Made by a program: the position numbers and the translations under genes. A stretch of DNA of 64,000 bases from Selaginella moellendorffii (Eukaryota > Plantae > Lycopodiophyta), in the NCBI RefSeq assembly GCF_000143415.4, contig NW_003314348.1, positions 1 through 64,000 of the forward strand, in the 5' to 3' direction. How positions within the stretch are numbered: position 1 is the stretch's first letter; each line of letters opens with the position of its first letter. The notes under the pieces are model-generated. The model worked only from the letters and a program-made list of their open reading frames with translations, did not search any database and was not told the origin of the DNA. This document shows, in pieces, positions 45,744 to 59,600 of the stretch.

Positions 45744-46497
45744 ATGCAGTCTCTCCGAAGAGCGTGGTCATGGCTCAGGCGTCGCCAACAAGAAGACCAA
45801 GGGCCTCAGCTTTCGGCGGAGGACATGGGTTACTACACGGAGAATTCTTTCTTCTCGGCGCGTGAAGTTGCTGTGCTCTACAAAAAATTTCACGTAAGCA
45901 TTCTCTTCCGTCTCTGTTCTTGATGGATGGATTCGTTCTGTTTTTTCTTTTTCTTTTTCTTGTCCCCAGGCAATGTGCAAGGAGGGATGGAATGTGCTCA
46001 CTCACGAGGATCTAACGTCCATTGAGGAGATGCTCGCAAATCCATTTGCTCCGAGAATTCTCGAGCTTTTCAGCGAGGACGGAAGCGGGTTCCTGACTTT
46101 CGAGAAATTCGTAAACATGGCGGGCGTGTTCTCCGCAAAGTCGCCACCCGAGGTGAAAATGATATGGGCTTTTGCGCTGTGGGATTTCGACGGCGACGAC
46201 GTCATTGGAGATGGTAAGGCTCTCGACGTTTTTGGTCTCAAAGCTTTGCTTTAAGCTGTTTTAGAAAGCCTTGCAGACGATCTAAAGCAAGGGATCTCTC
46301 TCATCACGCAAACTGACGAAAGCTCCAATCCTTCGGCTCTTGCCACCCTTGGAGAAGAGCAGATTGACGAGGTCGTGTCCAGAGTCCTGCAAGAGATCGA
46401 TCCAAACAACTACGGGCTAAACTATGCGGACTTCCGAAAAGTGCTACAGAGAATGCCGGATTTCATCAATAACTTCCACATGAACTTTATTGCTTGA
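45744..46497 (+). CDS. Calcium- and integrin-binding (CIB)-like EF-hand protein, 3 exons, ~200 aa
   Basis: NPFAPRILELFSEDGSGFLTFEKFVNM..FSAKSPPEVK..AFALWDFDGDDVIGDDDL; C-terminal PDFINNFHM. Confidence 0.8.
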
Positions 46498-46712
46498 GTG
46501 CGTAAGTAGCTACACGTCAGCTTTTCCTCCTAATCTTTTGTTATTGCGAAGGGCCGTTCGTCATTTCTACAGTGGCCGCCACACAAAGGATACTTCGTCT
46601 GATCATACCCCGTCCTTGCGCCCCTTGCTGCCTAGTTGAAAGTATAAAGGGGACTTCTTGCAACGCTCCTCAAGCATATTTCTCTCTGTTCTTTCCATTG
46701 ATCCACAGACGC

Positions 46713-47719
<1,007 letters not shown>

Positions 47720-47863
47720 TGTTCTTTCCGGCTGGGAATGTCCAGGCGATAGGAATGTAAGCCGACGGACCAGATCGTTTGGAGGATTCTGGGAAGTGAC
47801 AATATAAAGATCTCTTTGAGCCAAACCCCTATTTGCGTGTTCATTTGGTTGAGAGAGAGCGGC

Positions 47864-48538
47864 GATGGCGTCCTCGGCTGTGGAAGAGGGTGCTGTGTCT
47901 GCGTCTGGCGCCGTCATTGGCGATGCTCCTGGCCATGGCGCTCCCGGTGAGATATTTCGCCCTTCGATCTTGATTGCTTTGTGTCGCCATTGAAATTTCG
48001 ATCTCTTTCATCGATATCTTGCATGCACTTGCAGATCGTGTAGCCCGGGTGCTAGATCGGCTCGTTTTGAGTGCTAGATCGTCTTTGTCGGCGCTAAGTT
48101 TCTGTCGGTTTGATTTCAGGAAAGAAAGATGGCGAAGAAGCTCCGGCTGTCAAGAAGGAAGAAACTTCCGCCGTCGAAGCCAAGGTAATGCCACTTCATG
48201 TCTTTGATCTTCCAGAACGAAATCTTGCGCAGGAAAAATCCCTGGAGAATGCTCCGGCTGTCGAATCCAAGGTAATGACATTTCTTTTCTTTGATCTCCC
48301 CTTGTGGACAGGACGAAATCTTAATCAGGACAAAGCGCTGGACCTGGGTGTCAACACGGATGTCAACAAGGTGAAAGCGCCTGGCTTTATGGAGCGTACC
48401 ATGGAGGAAGTCGAGGCCGTGGCGGAGGCTCTTCACGAGAAGCTCGATCTCAAGGGGACCAATGACGAGAACAAGGACCAGAATGAAGAACGCGACGGCA
48501 TTTTCAAGCGGCTTCTAAAGAAGATTGGCTTCAAGTGA
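47864..48538 (+). CDS. Small hydrophilic uncharacterised plant protein, multi-exon
   Basis: Clean splice sites; VKAPGFMERTMEEVEAV resembles the KAPNxFERAKEExEA motif of small plant proteins. Confidence 0.6.
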
Positions 48539-48833
48539 GCGGACTCGCTGGACATGCCGGTCAGTATATCTCTTTAGCTTATCTTTGCCTTGTGTTGCTA
48601 ACGTTCTCTGTGTATCATTTGCAGCTTTCGTCTTAGGCTTTTAAACGTGTATAGAAAAGACTTCGGGCTCTCTGTTTTGTTTTGTACTGTGATTTGTTTT
48701 CACTCAACACGATGCTACAAATTAAACAAAGGTACTGTCCTTGAGGCTGCGATCTTTTGTGACCACTTCCACTTCTCGGCAACGTAATCCAGGTTTATTA
48801 TGGTTCTTTTGTTACTAAACAATTGTCTGTCGT

Positions 48834-50922
48834 TCAAGAGTAGGAGTGACGTCTATCTCTGCTCGGCTTCTGGGAATGACTTCCTTCGGATGCTTTGGAA
48901 AAGGAGTCGGACTCTTTGGAGCTTCTTCTGCTGAACGGGTTGAGGCGATGAAGTCGCCTGGAAACAGTTTGCGCGAGGTTAGCTGAGCTGGTTGTTTTCT
49001 CGATGTCCTGTTTCATGTTGTTGTGACTTTTTTCCAGCTCCGACAGACGCATTCTCATCCGTGCGATCTCTAGCTTGAGCTCGCGGTTCTCCCGTCTCAA
49101 GGACGAGTAGTTGTCTCGGGGAGACATAGCAGCACTCACAGTACCACTTGGTCCACCTCGGCCACCAGAAAAGTGAGACAGGTTCGGGTCGTCCATAAAC
49201 AACGTGCTTCCCATTTCCGTTCTTATTCTCACTTGCTCGAAGTAGAGAACCTGAATCGCAAAGTGCGCGGGCAGCCTGTCGTTCTGAGCTGCATGGCAGC
49301 ATGCTTCTTGGGACAACTTCTGAGCGCTGAGTAATCTGCAAATTTTCTTCCTCTCCTGCTCACCTAGATTCGGATGTGCCTGGAAGATTCAAACTGAGGC
49401 AGTCAGGTACTGAAAGGTTTCTCTGAAGCTCCCTTACCTTGAGATAAATGTCTACTGCTCTGTACAGGCCGTCGTCAATCGCTCGGGCATAATCTGGCAA
49501 AAGTTCTCCTATCGCTACGAACTTGTTGACCTTCAAGTTGGCATCTGGCGCAATCTCGGCCAAGTAGCCATCCATCAACTTGGCCACTTTAGAAACTGAT
49601 GTCTGCGTCGGCGTAGCAAGACCATCCGACTCGTAAGTAGTTTGAGCCTCAGGCAAGTCGTCATTCTCATGCTGCTGTATGAAGTTGGTCAGGATCCGCT
49701 GCACTATGTCAACGTCAAAGAGCGTTTCCCCGTTGTAAGAAAAAGATGGCACAAGCAGGTCGTCCAGAGTTGCCTGGTCCAGCTGCAACGCGATTCTCTT
49801 CTCTATGTCTAGCCTGCAAGCGACCGTCGTATCGAGAATGATGGCCGTCCGCAGCAAACCGAACAAGAAGCTGCACGACGCTATGTTCTTCTCTCGAGGT
49901 AGCAAGCTGACAATTGTCTCGACTAAGATTCTCTGCTCGTGCTCCAGGGCCGCAGTATTTTCCTGGACTTTCATCAAGCCTCGACCGCCAGTCGGAGCTC
50001 TATTGAGGCCCTTCAGCGACTGCTGAGCGTAGTGCATGAGAGTCCCCCAGAGGCTCTCCTCTCGCACGCCTTTGGACTTCATCGCTTCCAGGACCCTCTG
50101 GTAGAAATCTATCCGCAGCAGCGACAGGTCCTCGGCCCACCACTCCGTGAAGGCAGACTTTGGAAGTGTGGCATTCGGCTTGCCTTTGCTGCCCAACCGG
50201 CCAGAGCTACCGTAATCCGAGCTGGAGAGGCTGGAAGCTGGCTTCTGATCCTTGCAAGCGATTGACGCGATGGCATCGATGCACCTGGAGACGAGATTGT
50301 TGTCCTCGGCAATCGGGAGGAGCTCCTCGCAGCTGTGCAGCACACACAGAGAATTGGCGAAGCTGGGTAAGACAACCTCGTTGACAAACGCTTCTGTTCT
50401 TCCCAGCAAGTTTCCTTGCCCGTACTCATCCTTCATTTCCAGGTACTCGGCGGCACAGCGCAGCGCAGCCACATTTGCGGTGGTGATCTCGAAGTTGATG
50501 CCGTAGCAGAACTTGGCGGCTAGCTCGAAAGTCTCGGCTCCTCCGGGAACGTCTGGGAACTCGATGCGGGAGAGGTCCATCTCCCGCGCCTCGGCCACCG
50601 CCCGCCTGATACGCCCGCATCGAGCAACCAAGGGGAACTGCCAAGCCAAGTTCGCTCATTGGTAAGTCCAAGATCTCTGTTTGAGAGAAGTTTCTCACGC
50701 TTTCTTTCATTACCTTGTGAAGGGAAAAGCTGGTGCCGGCTGCCTCAACTACGACGTCTGTGGGAACGTCTGCGGACATGATCCTGCGCAAATAGGGGGT
50801 AAGATTTCTTCTCTTTCTCCTGCCTCTCTACTTCGTACTCACCATTGCCCAGTTCTTTTCTTGTTGTAGGAAGTCCGGGACACCAAGCGTTTGCCTTCCT
50901 GTTTCGGCATGACGCCCACCAT
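48834..50922 (-). CDS. NPH3/RPT2-like (NRL) BTB/POZ protein, multi-exon
   Basis: FSLHK|FPLV; PGGAETFELAAKFCYG; WWAEDL; DGLYRAVDIYLK; HAAQNDRLP; C-terminal RRHSYS; start 50922 or 50910. Confidence 0.95.
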
Positions 50923-51706
50923 CACCGATCGATCCTCTCAGCACTTGATCATATCAACGAGGGGGAAAGGAATTGGAGACTTCTGGAAGCGTCGAATTGG
51001 AATGGGAAAGAGCGTCCAATGGAAAGGCCGTCACAGCACACGAGCACCCAGGATCGCCATAGCCAAACCGGCTTACACACACACGGAATCAAAATGTAAG
51101 TAGCAGCGCCTACTTACTTGCTAGAGCGAGCGTTTGCGCGAACAGACGTTGATCTGGAGGATCCGGCGGTGGTCATGCTTGCACGCCAGACGCCGCGCTG
51201 CCGTTTATTCTGGATCTTGGCAATCCAACGGTCGGGGGCACGAGTCGGATCCAACGGCCACCATCTCGCGTCGTGTGGCGTTCCAGGCCGCTGATTGGTT
51301 CACCTTCTCTGCTGACAACCGTCCGATGGTAGGCGCTAGAGACAGCGGATTGGTCAATTTACACGGTAACTTGTCGTACATTCCGCTGGCAGGCAGGTGA
51401 AAAGAAAATTTGGAGGAAAGTTTCCGCTGTGATCGAAGTTTTTTGATCCACCGGATTGGATGCTTGACGATCGTATAGTAAATCCTTTGTCTTGCTAACA
51501 GCCAGCAGCCTTTCATCAAAGGGAGAGAGACTTTGGCCAAAGGCCTTGTAACGCTGCCAGCGCGGCGTCCAGCTCAGCATTTTCGTTGGGTGTCCATGTT
51601 ATTATGGGTGCGCATGCCCAGATCTGTCTAGTAACGCCCTTCTTTCTACGTAGATAGATGATTTACATGGTTTGTTTGGAACGAGGGGATCTGGAGGAGC
51701 CACACT

Positions 51707-51838
51707 TTGGTAGGCCATAAGTTTTGAAACTCAACATTGGAATCAATCAAATTGGTAGGCCACAACTCTTGAAGCTCAACATTGCGATCAATCAAAAATC
51801 ACACCTTGGTGGGCCACCAACATTGGAATCAACCAAAA
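51707..51838 (+). repeat. ~45-bp imperfect tandem repeat (~2.5 copies)
   Basis: TTGGTAGGCCA...TGAA.CTCAACATTG..ATCAATCAAA repeated. Confidence 0.75.
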
Positions 51839-52349
51839 CGATCCAAAATCGCAAGTGGCTCAACATCTGTAGGAAAGTGAATCTTATCTCGCGAGGGGGG
51901 AAAAGAACCTGGTTTGATCGAGAGGCCACGAAATGCAATGCAAGACGTTAGAAAATGGGAAGGACCACCGCAAAAGTTTAATTGAGGAACACGAGTTAGG
52001 CGACGAGGATCTATCGGAGAGTTATATGTTTGTAGTTTTGTATGTCTAGAGAGCTCTCCTTAAAGTTTGAGGGGAGATGCCTTTCATTTGCCACCTTTCT
52101 CAGACGCGAACGATATTTCTTTGGCATGTGCTGTGGCTACGAGACAAATAGCATGATAGATCCACATAAAGAAACGCTTCACGAGATTAGCGTCAACTTG
52201 GAAAAGATTCGAGCTCTTTTCTGGTATAAGTTTACTTTTCGTTCTAGTTGGAAAGTGTCAAAACTTGCCAGTGCCAACCTTCTCACAAAATTTAGGCAGC
52301 TCCCTTGAGTTGCTAGCCAGCAGCACGGATCCATTCACCATCCTCAAGC

Positions 52350-55300
52350 TTATTTTCGCCGATCTTGTGGTAGTAAGCTTTCCAGCTTCGTCTTGGTGGC
52401 CTTAGCATTGCCGGAGAAAACGTAGTCATTCACGGCCGACGATAGCGCCGCGGTGTCCACGAGCTTGGACAGTGGCCGGCCCGGGAAGAGCACGGGCAGG
52501 GCCTCGAGCCAAGCGACGCAGAAGCGCAAGAACGATGCCTGTTTTGCCTTCTTCAGTGGCTTGGCGAGGTAGAGGATAAGTAGCTCGCTAAGCAGCGGGA
52601 GATGAGGCTCGATATCTCCCGCCATTGACGAAGTCTTGTTTGATCCGGACGGCTTGGAGCCCGACTTGGTGTAGTGCTTGAGAACCGAGGTCGAGAGCTC
52701 CATGGCCTCGGCCTTCTCGTAGTCTGTCCGGCCATCTTTGCACTTGTTGAGTAGCTTTCCAATGGAGACGCCCCGGAGCCAAGGATATCTCATAGCAGCG
52801 TCGCGGAGGAATGACAGCGGTAGCGTGTTCTTCTTCTTCTGAAAGATGTCGTCCAGCGCAGCAAGCATAGTTTTGACAACTTCCTCGTCAGCCGCACCGC
52901 AAGTTGCTTGAGAAACTTTGAGAAGCCAGAAGACAAAACCTTGAGACAAGCCACGGAGCTTTTGGTCTGTGGTTTTTGCGGCCAGAATCAGCAGCTTCTG
53001 AAGCAAGTCCTTGACAGCACCCATATCCACCTCAGACCCCTTGGGATAATTCTTGGCTTTGAGAAGTCTGTTTAGAACGCCACCTATCCTGTCGCTTAAC
53101 TGCTTGTGCCCGTCTGATAAAGCGTCGAGGTAACTCTGAAAGAGTGTTGGCAAAACCGTCAAAACCGCCACACTCTCGGACTGCTTCTGCAGGAACGTGT
53201 CCAAAAGGCCGAGGACACGAAACTTGAATTGCACGAGCTGTGCCTGTGTGTCCGGCTCGCCACTTCTCTTGGCTTTGAGAATCTGCGCGAGGTGGACATC
53301 CATCCTAAACATGGCGTCGTCATCCATGTCCGAAAGCTCTGCATCGTCCATAGCACCTTGGATCTGGTTATCGGTCTGCTGTTTACCATCTGTACCACCT
53401 GTTTCTGGATCTTCTTCCGGATCACTGACTTCACTGGCTTCGTTGTCCGTAACTTCTTCTACACTGAGAACGTCTTCGTCGTCATCAACTTGAATATCAA
53501 ACAGTGGCTCCTGTCGAGTATGGCCAGTTTTCTTGCTGATCACCTTGAGCAAGCTACTTAAGCCTGACGAGGTGATTTCGCCACAAAACAATTCGAACAT
53601 CTGAAATAGACAAACACGAGAAGTGAATATCGTCATACACAGTTGCAATGGTTACCTGCTCAGCGGCAGCACGGATTGGCGCCGGAGACTGCCAGAGTAC
53701 TGAAAGAATTATATCAAGAAGCACATCCCCCATTGATGGTGCCTCTTCCTCGTCCTCCATCTCATCGCTAGAAACGTCGACAACCTTCCCGAATGCCTTG
53801 TTACAGCAAATAAGTAGCTCGTTAACGATATCATCCATAGAACCAGGTTCGAGGTGCGACTGAATAAATAGCTGCGACAAGAAGCTCCGCATGGCTTCCA
53901 ACTTCTTATTGCGACTTTCTTCCTTCTCGATCTACAAAACAAAGAGAAAGAAAAAAGTTGAGTTAAATCGCATGAAACAGATCTTACCGCAGATGAAATC
54001 TGAAAAATCGCATCTCTTAGACTGCGTTGTACGGTTCCCTTGTCCGGTTTCTTCCAAGCACTCCGAAAGAACTCAACAATATCGTAGCTCAAGTCTTCGT
54101 GAACGTCGTCGTCCTTCGAGCGAGGACTCTTCTCCGAAAGTAAGGATCGGAGCTTTCCAATATACTCATCCTTCTCAGAATTGGATACGTCCCCAGAAGC
54201 ACACATTATAAGAGCCTTGACTTTATCAGTGTTCACCGCGTCACTGTTCAGAAATATATGAGCGGCAAGAAACCTCGTAACCTCCTTTGCCGCGGACATC
54301 GACTTTGATACCGATATGGCTTGCTTGGAAAAGCTGCACATAAGTTCAACCATCCAGATTTTCTTGCTAGCTACCATTCTCTGTGTATCATCTGACTCGT
54401 CTGTGGCATTGATAGCGTCACTGACAAAAAGGCGTTGGAAGTTCTGAATAGCGAGAAGGCAGCTCTCTTCGCTGATAACTTTTCCTAATAGTTCTTTCAC
54501 CGTAGAGCTCTTTGTCAGATGATCAAACTTTCCGGAGCTGCTCTGCTGTAAGAAGCCAATCGTCAGAACCAACCTGTCTTGGTCTTCTTCAGCCCATGCG
54601 GATAAATCGGACACGAACTGCTGAGCGGCACTATGGAGAACGTTGTCCATTCCTGATAGAATGTCGAGTAGACAGCGTCCGAACGAAGCAGATAAGATGA
54701 TGGGAGTGCAGGATATCGGCAGCTTCGAAAGGAAGAGTAGCACTAGCCGCATTGCTAAAAACTTCCGTTCGTGAGATGAATCCAAGAGGCTCTCATCCAC
54801 CACTCTAGTCCAAAAGGTTATCAAACTGTGTTCCTTGGAAGCCAAGTCGTTCTTCTGCTTACTCTTCTTTTGGCGGGTTCGAAGAAGCCCTTGATCCAAA
54901 AATATGTCCGCCAGAGCATTCCAGACTAGATGTAGTCGAGGATGGCTCGAAGAAGACTCCTGCAACATATAACGTTAATCTATCGATCGATATTCATGCC
55001 TAGAACGCACCTTTAAGTACGGGATGAGAACGTCTAGATGTGAGGCCTGGACCAAGTGCTCCAGAGATCCGGACTTGGGTAACATACGGCATTTTGAAGA
55101 AAGAGAGTCTGGTAATTTTCGCCACAGCTTCAAGGCAACAAGTAGCGCATCGGCCCCTCCAACTTCGGGACTAGCATTCAACCACTCTAGAAAATTCGGT
55201 AGTGTAAAAACTGATTTTTGTAGAGAAGACGAGGCAAGCTGCATATCAAAACTGTTAGATTATAAACAAGCTGGTATTGTCGATGCTGTACTTACTCTCT

Positions 55301-56208
55301 CGGACAGGTCCAAAAAGATGGAAGCGGCTGGTTCTCGAAGAAACGTTTTCTTAAATCCAAGAGTCAGGAGCTTTTCTGCGACGTGCTTGGCAAGCTTTTG
55401 TTGCTCCTCCGTCATGCCGTTGTCAATCAATCGATCAGCTCGAACAATCGAAGCATAAGCAAAAAGCCTCCCCAACAGCCCATCCTTGATATCCTGCAAG
55501 AATCACACTGCTATATATGAGAAGTAAAAGAAGACTATAACAAAAACGCAGACCTGTCCCTTCATCACGGAAGATACTTCTATTTCCTTGTCAATAAGAT
55601 TGAGAACCATATCACCGGTTATAGAAGGCAATGCATGAATGGCAGTAGAGAGCGCCGCAGCAAATCCTTGCCTAGCACACTAAAAATCACACCACGCTGA
55701 GAAAGAAGAGAGACAAACCAAGAAGTAGAAAGCAAACCTGGTTAGAAGATCCGACTCCTCGAACAAGCCTTGGAAGCGCATACTGGAGCTCCGGAGCACA
55801 CGACTTGAGCGCACCACCACTGTGCTCCTCTCCGAGAAGAATCCTCTCGGCACCACTCTCAACTCTTCCATCGACCGCCTCAAACGTCTGCTGAGCGGCT
55901 TGGAGCTCTCTCACCAGTGCCAATGCCGCTGCCTGTCTCTCCGCCGGATCCAAAGAAGGGAGCTTCCAATAGACTTCCAGCCCTGTCAGCTCAATCGCCT
56001 CAGCGCCGAGCTTCCTCCTCTTGGTTTTCGGCAAATCCGGCCGCTCCTCGCCCGGATTGCCCGACGATGGATCATCCGGAGACGGATTATCAACATTTAC
56101 CTCCGGCGCCCTGGATTTCTTCTTCTTCCGCCTCTGCTGCGGCGGCTCTGGCGATGGATCGACCATTTCTACATCGATCTTCTTCGTTTTCTTCTCCCCC
56201 GTCGCCAT
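52350..56208 (-). CDS. MYBBP1A: DNA polymerase phi / Myb-binding protein 1A (POL5) family nucleolar protein, multi-exon
   Basis: YALPRLVRGVGSS; LLGRLFAYASI; SSHERKFLA; MDDDAMFRMD..L..I; FKFRVL.LL. Confidence 0.88.
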
Positions 56209-56618
56209 GGCAGCTGGGTTTTAGCGTTTAGGGTTAGGGTTCATATGGAAATATGGCTAACGGAATGTGCATAGAGATATTCCGTCCTCGTAAAACAAAC
56301 CCTTGCATTTTGCGGTTGCCCTAAATTTTCGCAAGGCGGGAGGAGAGAGTGGAAGCGAAGGCGGGAGGCTTCTCCGCGCCACTAGCGCGAGGTACGCTGT
56401 TGAAGATCTCGGGGGTGGAAATTCTCGAGCCAAGGCGCCAGCGCTTTGATCTTCGCGGTTTCTTGGAGCGCAATGGTGTAGTCGGGGACAGGGCTGGGAA
56501 ATATGAAGAAAAGAAGGCGATTGGAGTAGTGCTGGATGCTACATTGGTGTGGATCATGCTTGCCGCTGGCGAGCGTGAGCAGAGAGCTGGATGGGGAGTT
56601 TAGAATTTCGGCTAGACA

Positions 56619-59600
56619 ATGGAGGACGCTATACAGCAGCTGTGCGCGAAGGACACCAAGGAGAGGATGGCCGGGGTGGAAAGGTTGCAAACGCTTCTAG
56701 AGAATAGCCGGAAGGGCCTGTCGGTGACGGAAGCTAGCCATCTTGTGGACGCTACGTTGGGTCTTCTCAAGGACAACAACTTTAAAGTATGCCAGGGAGC
56801 TTTGCAAGCGCTGGCTCTGGCCGCGGCACTCGCGGGCGAGCACTTGAAGTTCCATTTCAACGCTCTCTTGCCGGCGGTCGTGGAAAGGCTCGGAGATGGA
56901 AAACAGCCCGTGAGAGATGCTGCGCGACGGTTGCTGCTCGCGCTCATGGAGGTACGAAGAAAAGAAAGAGGGAAGTCTGTCATTCACCCTGTGGTGTTTT
57001 TAGATATCATCTCCGTCGACGATCGTTGAGCGTTCTGGGAATTGTGCGTGGACGCACAAGAACTGGCGGGTGCGGGAGGAATTTGCTCGCACCGCTGCTT
57101 CTGCTATCAACTTGTTCTCTGCGAATGAGCTTCAAAGGCTTCTACTTCCGCCGGTACTATGGCTTTGCCACTTGTCTTCTTATTGAAGCGAATTTTTCTT
57201 ATTACAGATCTTGCCCTTGTTGGAAGACTCAAATACGAGCGTGAGGGAGGCAGCTATGATGTGTGTAGAGGTATGTTTGAAAGTTTTGGAACTTTGTGAT
57301 TTATATAATTGCCTACAGGAAATGTATCGGCAAGGTGGTATACAGTTCAAAGAGGAGCTGCAACGCCATTCTCTACGAGCCAGTCAGGTTAGTGATTGTA
57401 TATGAAGTGAAGTGGAGTTCTTATAATTTGTTGTTTTTTTTTTTTTTTTTTCCGCAGCTCAAGGATATTTTGTCTAGATTTGACAAAATAGTTATCAAGA
57501 CGCAAAATCTTTCGTTGGCGCCGGAGCCCAAACACTCCTCAACTGGAAATCGCCGAAATAGTCCGAAAGCAAAGTCTTCCCTCGAGATTCCCAGTACTGG
57601 TAAGGTATTCTTGCTGTTGTCCTGCTAGGAAGACAAAATTTGCCTTCATGCAGTTGAAGCTGAAGCGAGTGATAAACCTGTGGAACCTATTCGAGTTTCT
57701 TCTGACAGAGATTTGGCAAAAGAAATAGAAAAGGTAGCCAGCATGCTTACTCCAGAGCAAGACTGGTCTGTCCGCATAGCGGCCATGCAACGGGTGGAGG
57801 GACTTGTTGCTGGAGGTTTGTATTTGTGTACTGAAAGCTTGTTTTTTTTTTTCTAATGTTTTAGTTCAGGTGCTGTGGAGCATATGTGTTTTCCATCTCT
57901 CCTCAAACAGCTCGTTGGGCCTCTTTCTCTCCAGTTATCTGACAGGCGGTCTAGCATAGTAAAACAGGTATCACAAGCGTGAGCCTGAAACACATTTGAT
58001 TTCTAATCTCGAGCGAACTGCAGGCATGTCATCTGATGAATCTCTTGTCCAAGAATTTGCTGTCCGACTTCGAAGCTATAGCGGAGGCCATTATACCGGT
58101 ATTTTGTCTGCTATTGAGATATAGAGCTTACAACCCGGGTCTTTTGTTTTTACAGGTTTTATTTAAGCTGGTTGTTATAACAGTATTGGTGATAGCTGAA
58201 TCCGCTGACAATTGCATCAAAACGGTTTGCTTGCAATGGGCTATCAATTCGATAATGTTTTTCGGATATTGCAGATGCTTCGGAATTGTAGGGTGGCTCG
58301 TGTACTTCCTCGTATTGTTGACTCTGCAAAAAATGATCGGAATGCCACTTTAAGAATGAGGTATATGGTCGTAAAACATACTGCTTTTGGGTCTGAAACA
58401 CTTCTTTTCAAGGTGTTGTGAATATGCGTTGGTAGTGTTAGAACGATGGGCGGATTCTCCTGAAATACACCGGGCAGCTGACTTGTTTGAGGATTTGATA
58501 AGATATTGCGTTGGGGATGCCATGAGCGAGGTTCGTGTGATAAGTTCTTCGCAAGAAGTTTTAAACCTGTATAATTTTTCTGTACAGGTTAGATCCATGG
58601 CAAGGTCTTGCTATCGGCGCTTTGCAAAAACATGGCCTGACCGTTCTCGTCGACTTTTTTCAACATTTGATCCTGTCATCCAGAAAGTATACTTGAATTT
58701 CTTGCACTCTTTTCTATATTATCTTCTATTTTGCAGCTGCTTAACGAAGAGGATGGCAGCGTCCCGAAACGGTATACTTCTCCTACTCGCGAAAGAGGCC
58801 ATCATCTGAGAAATTCGGCTTCCGTAACTGTAAATACAGTCGTGCCGCCGCCAACAACGCAGCTGGATAGGAGCGTCAACTCTTCGATGTCGGGAAATTT
58901 TCTCAATCATAGAAGATCCGCGGAACAACTTGCCGAACGTAATTTAGAGAATGTTCTCCAAGCTAGTCAACAACAAGTAAATGCCATCGAGACGATGCTT
59001 AAAGGCATGGACGTTCCTGATAAGGCGGTGGTTTCAACTACGGCTCGATTAATTGGAAAGGATCCAGGTAGTTTTCTGTTCCTGAGTGATGTTATCCTAA
59101 TGATATTTTGATTTGCAGTCGGTGGAAGTTACCGAAAAATTCACGCTCCTGGACGTGTTAATGTGGATCCTCCGTCTGCCCGGGATCCACCCCATCCCGC
59201 ATCTGCGCCAGCAGCAAATATCGTTAGTAATCGGGCACCGTCCTTGCCATCCAATTTCCGTGGGGGCCTGAGTTGTCCTTCCGAAGCTTTGCAGCAGTCC
59301 TTTACGGATCATGGAAGATCAGCGAGGGAAACCAGTGGAAACGTTGCAAAGAGAGTACCGATGACCACTGAAAGATCGAGTCAAACTTTGTCCGGCGAGC
59401 CTATTGACGTGAAGGGGCCGAAGCGCATTCTAAGGACCGAACCTGTGCAAGAAGGCATACCAGGTTTCCAGCGACCTCTCATGCGCAGCTTGATATCTGG
59501 GAAGTCTTCGGTGAGCAGTAGAAGCAGTGTCGAAGAGGCTCAAGCGTCATACTCAGAACCTTTCACCTGTTTGGACGGGCTTATGTCACTGAACGACGCG

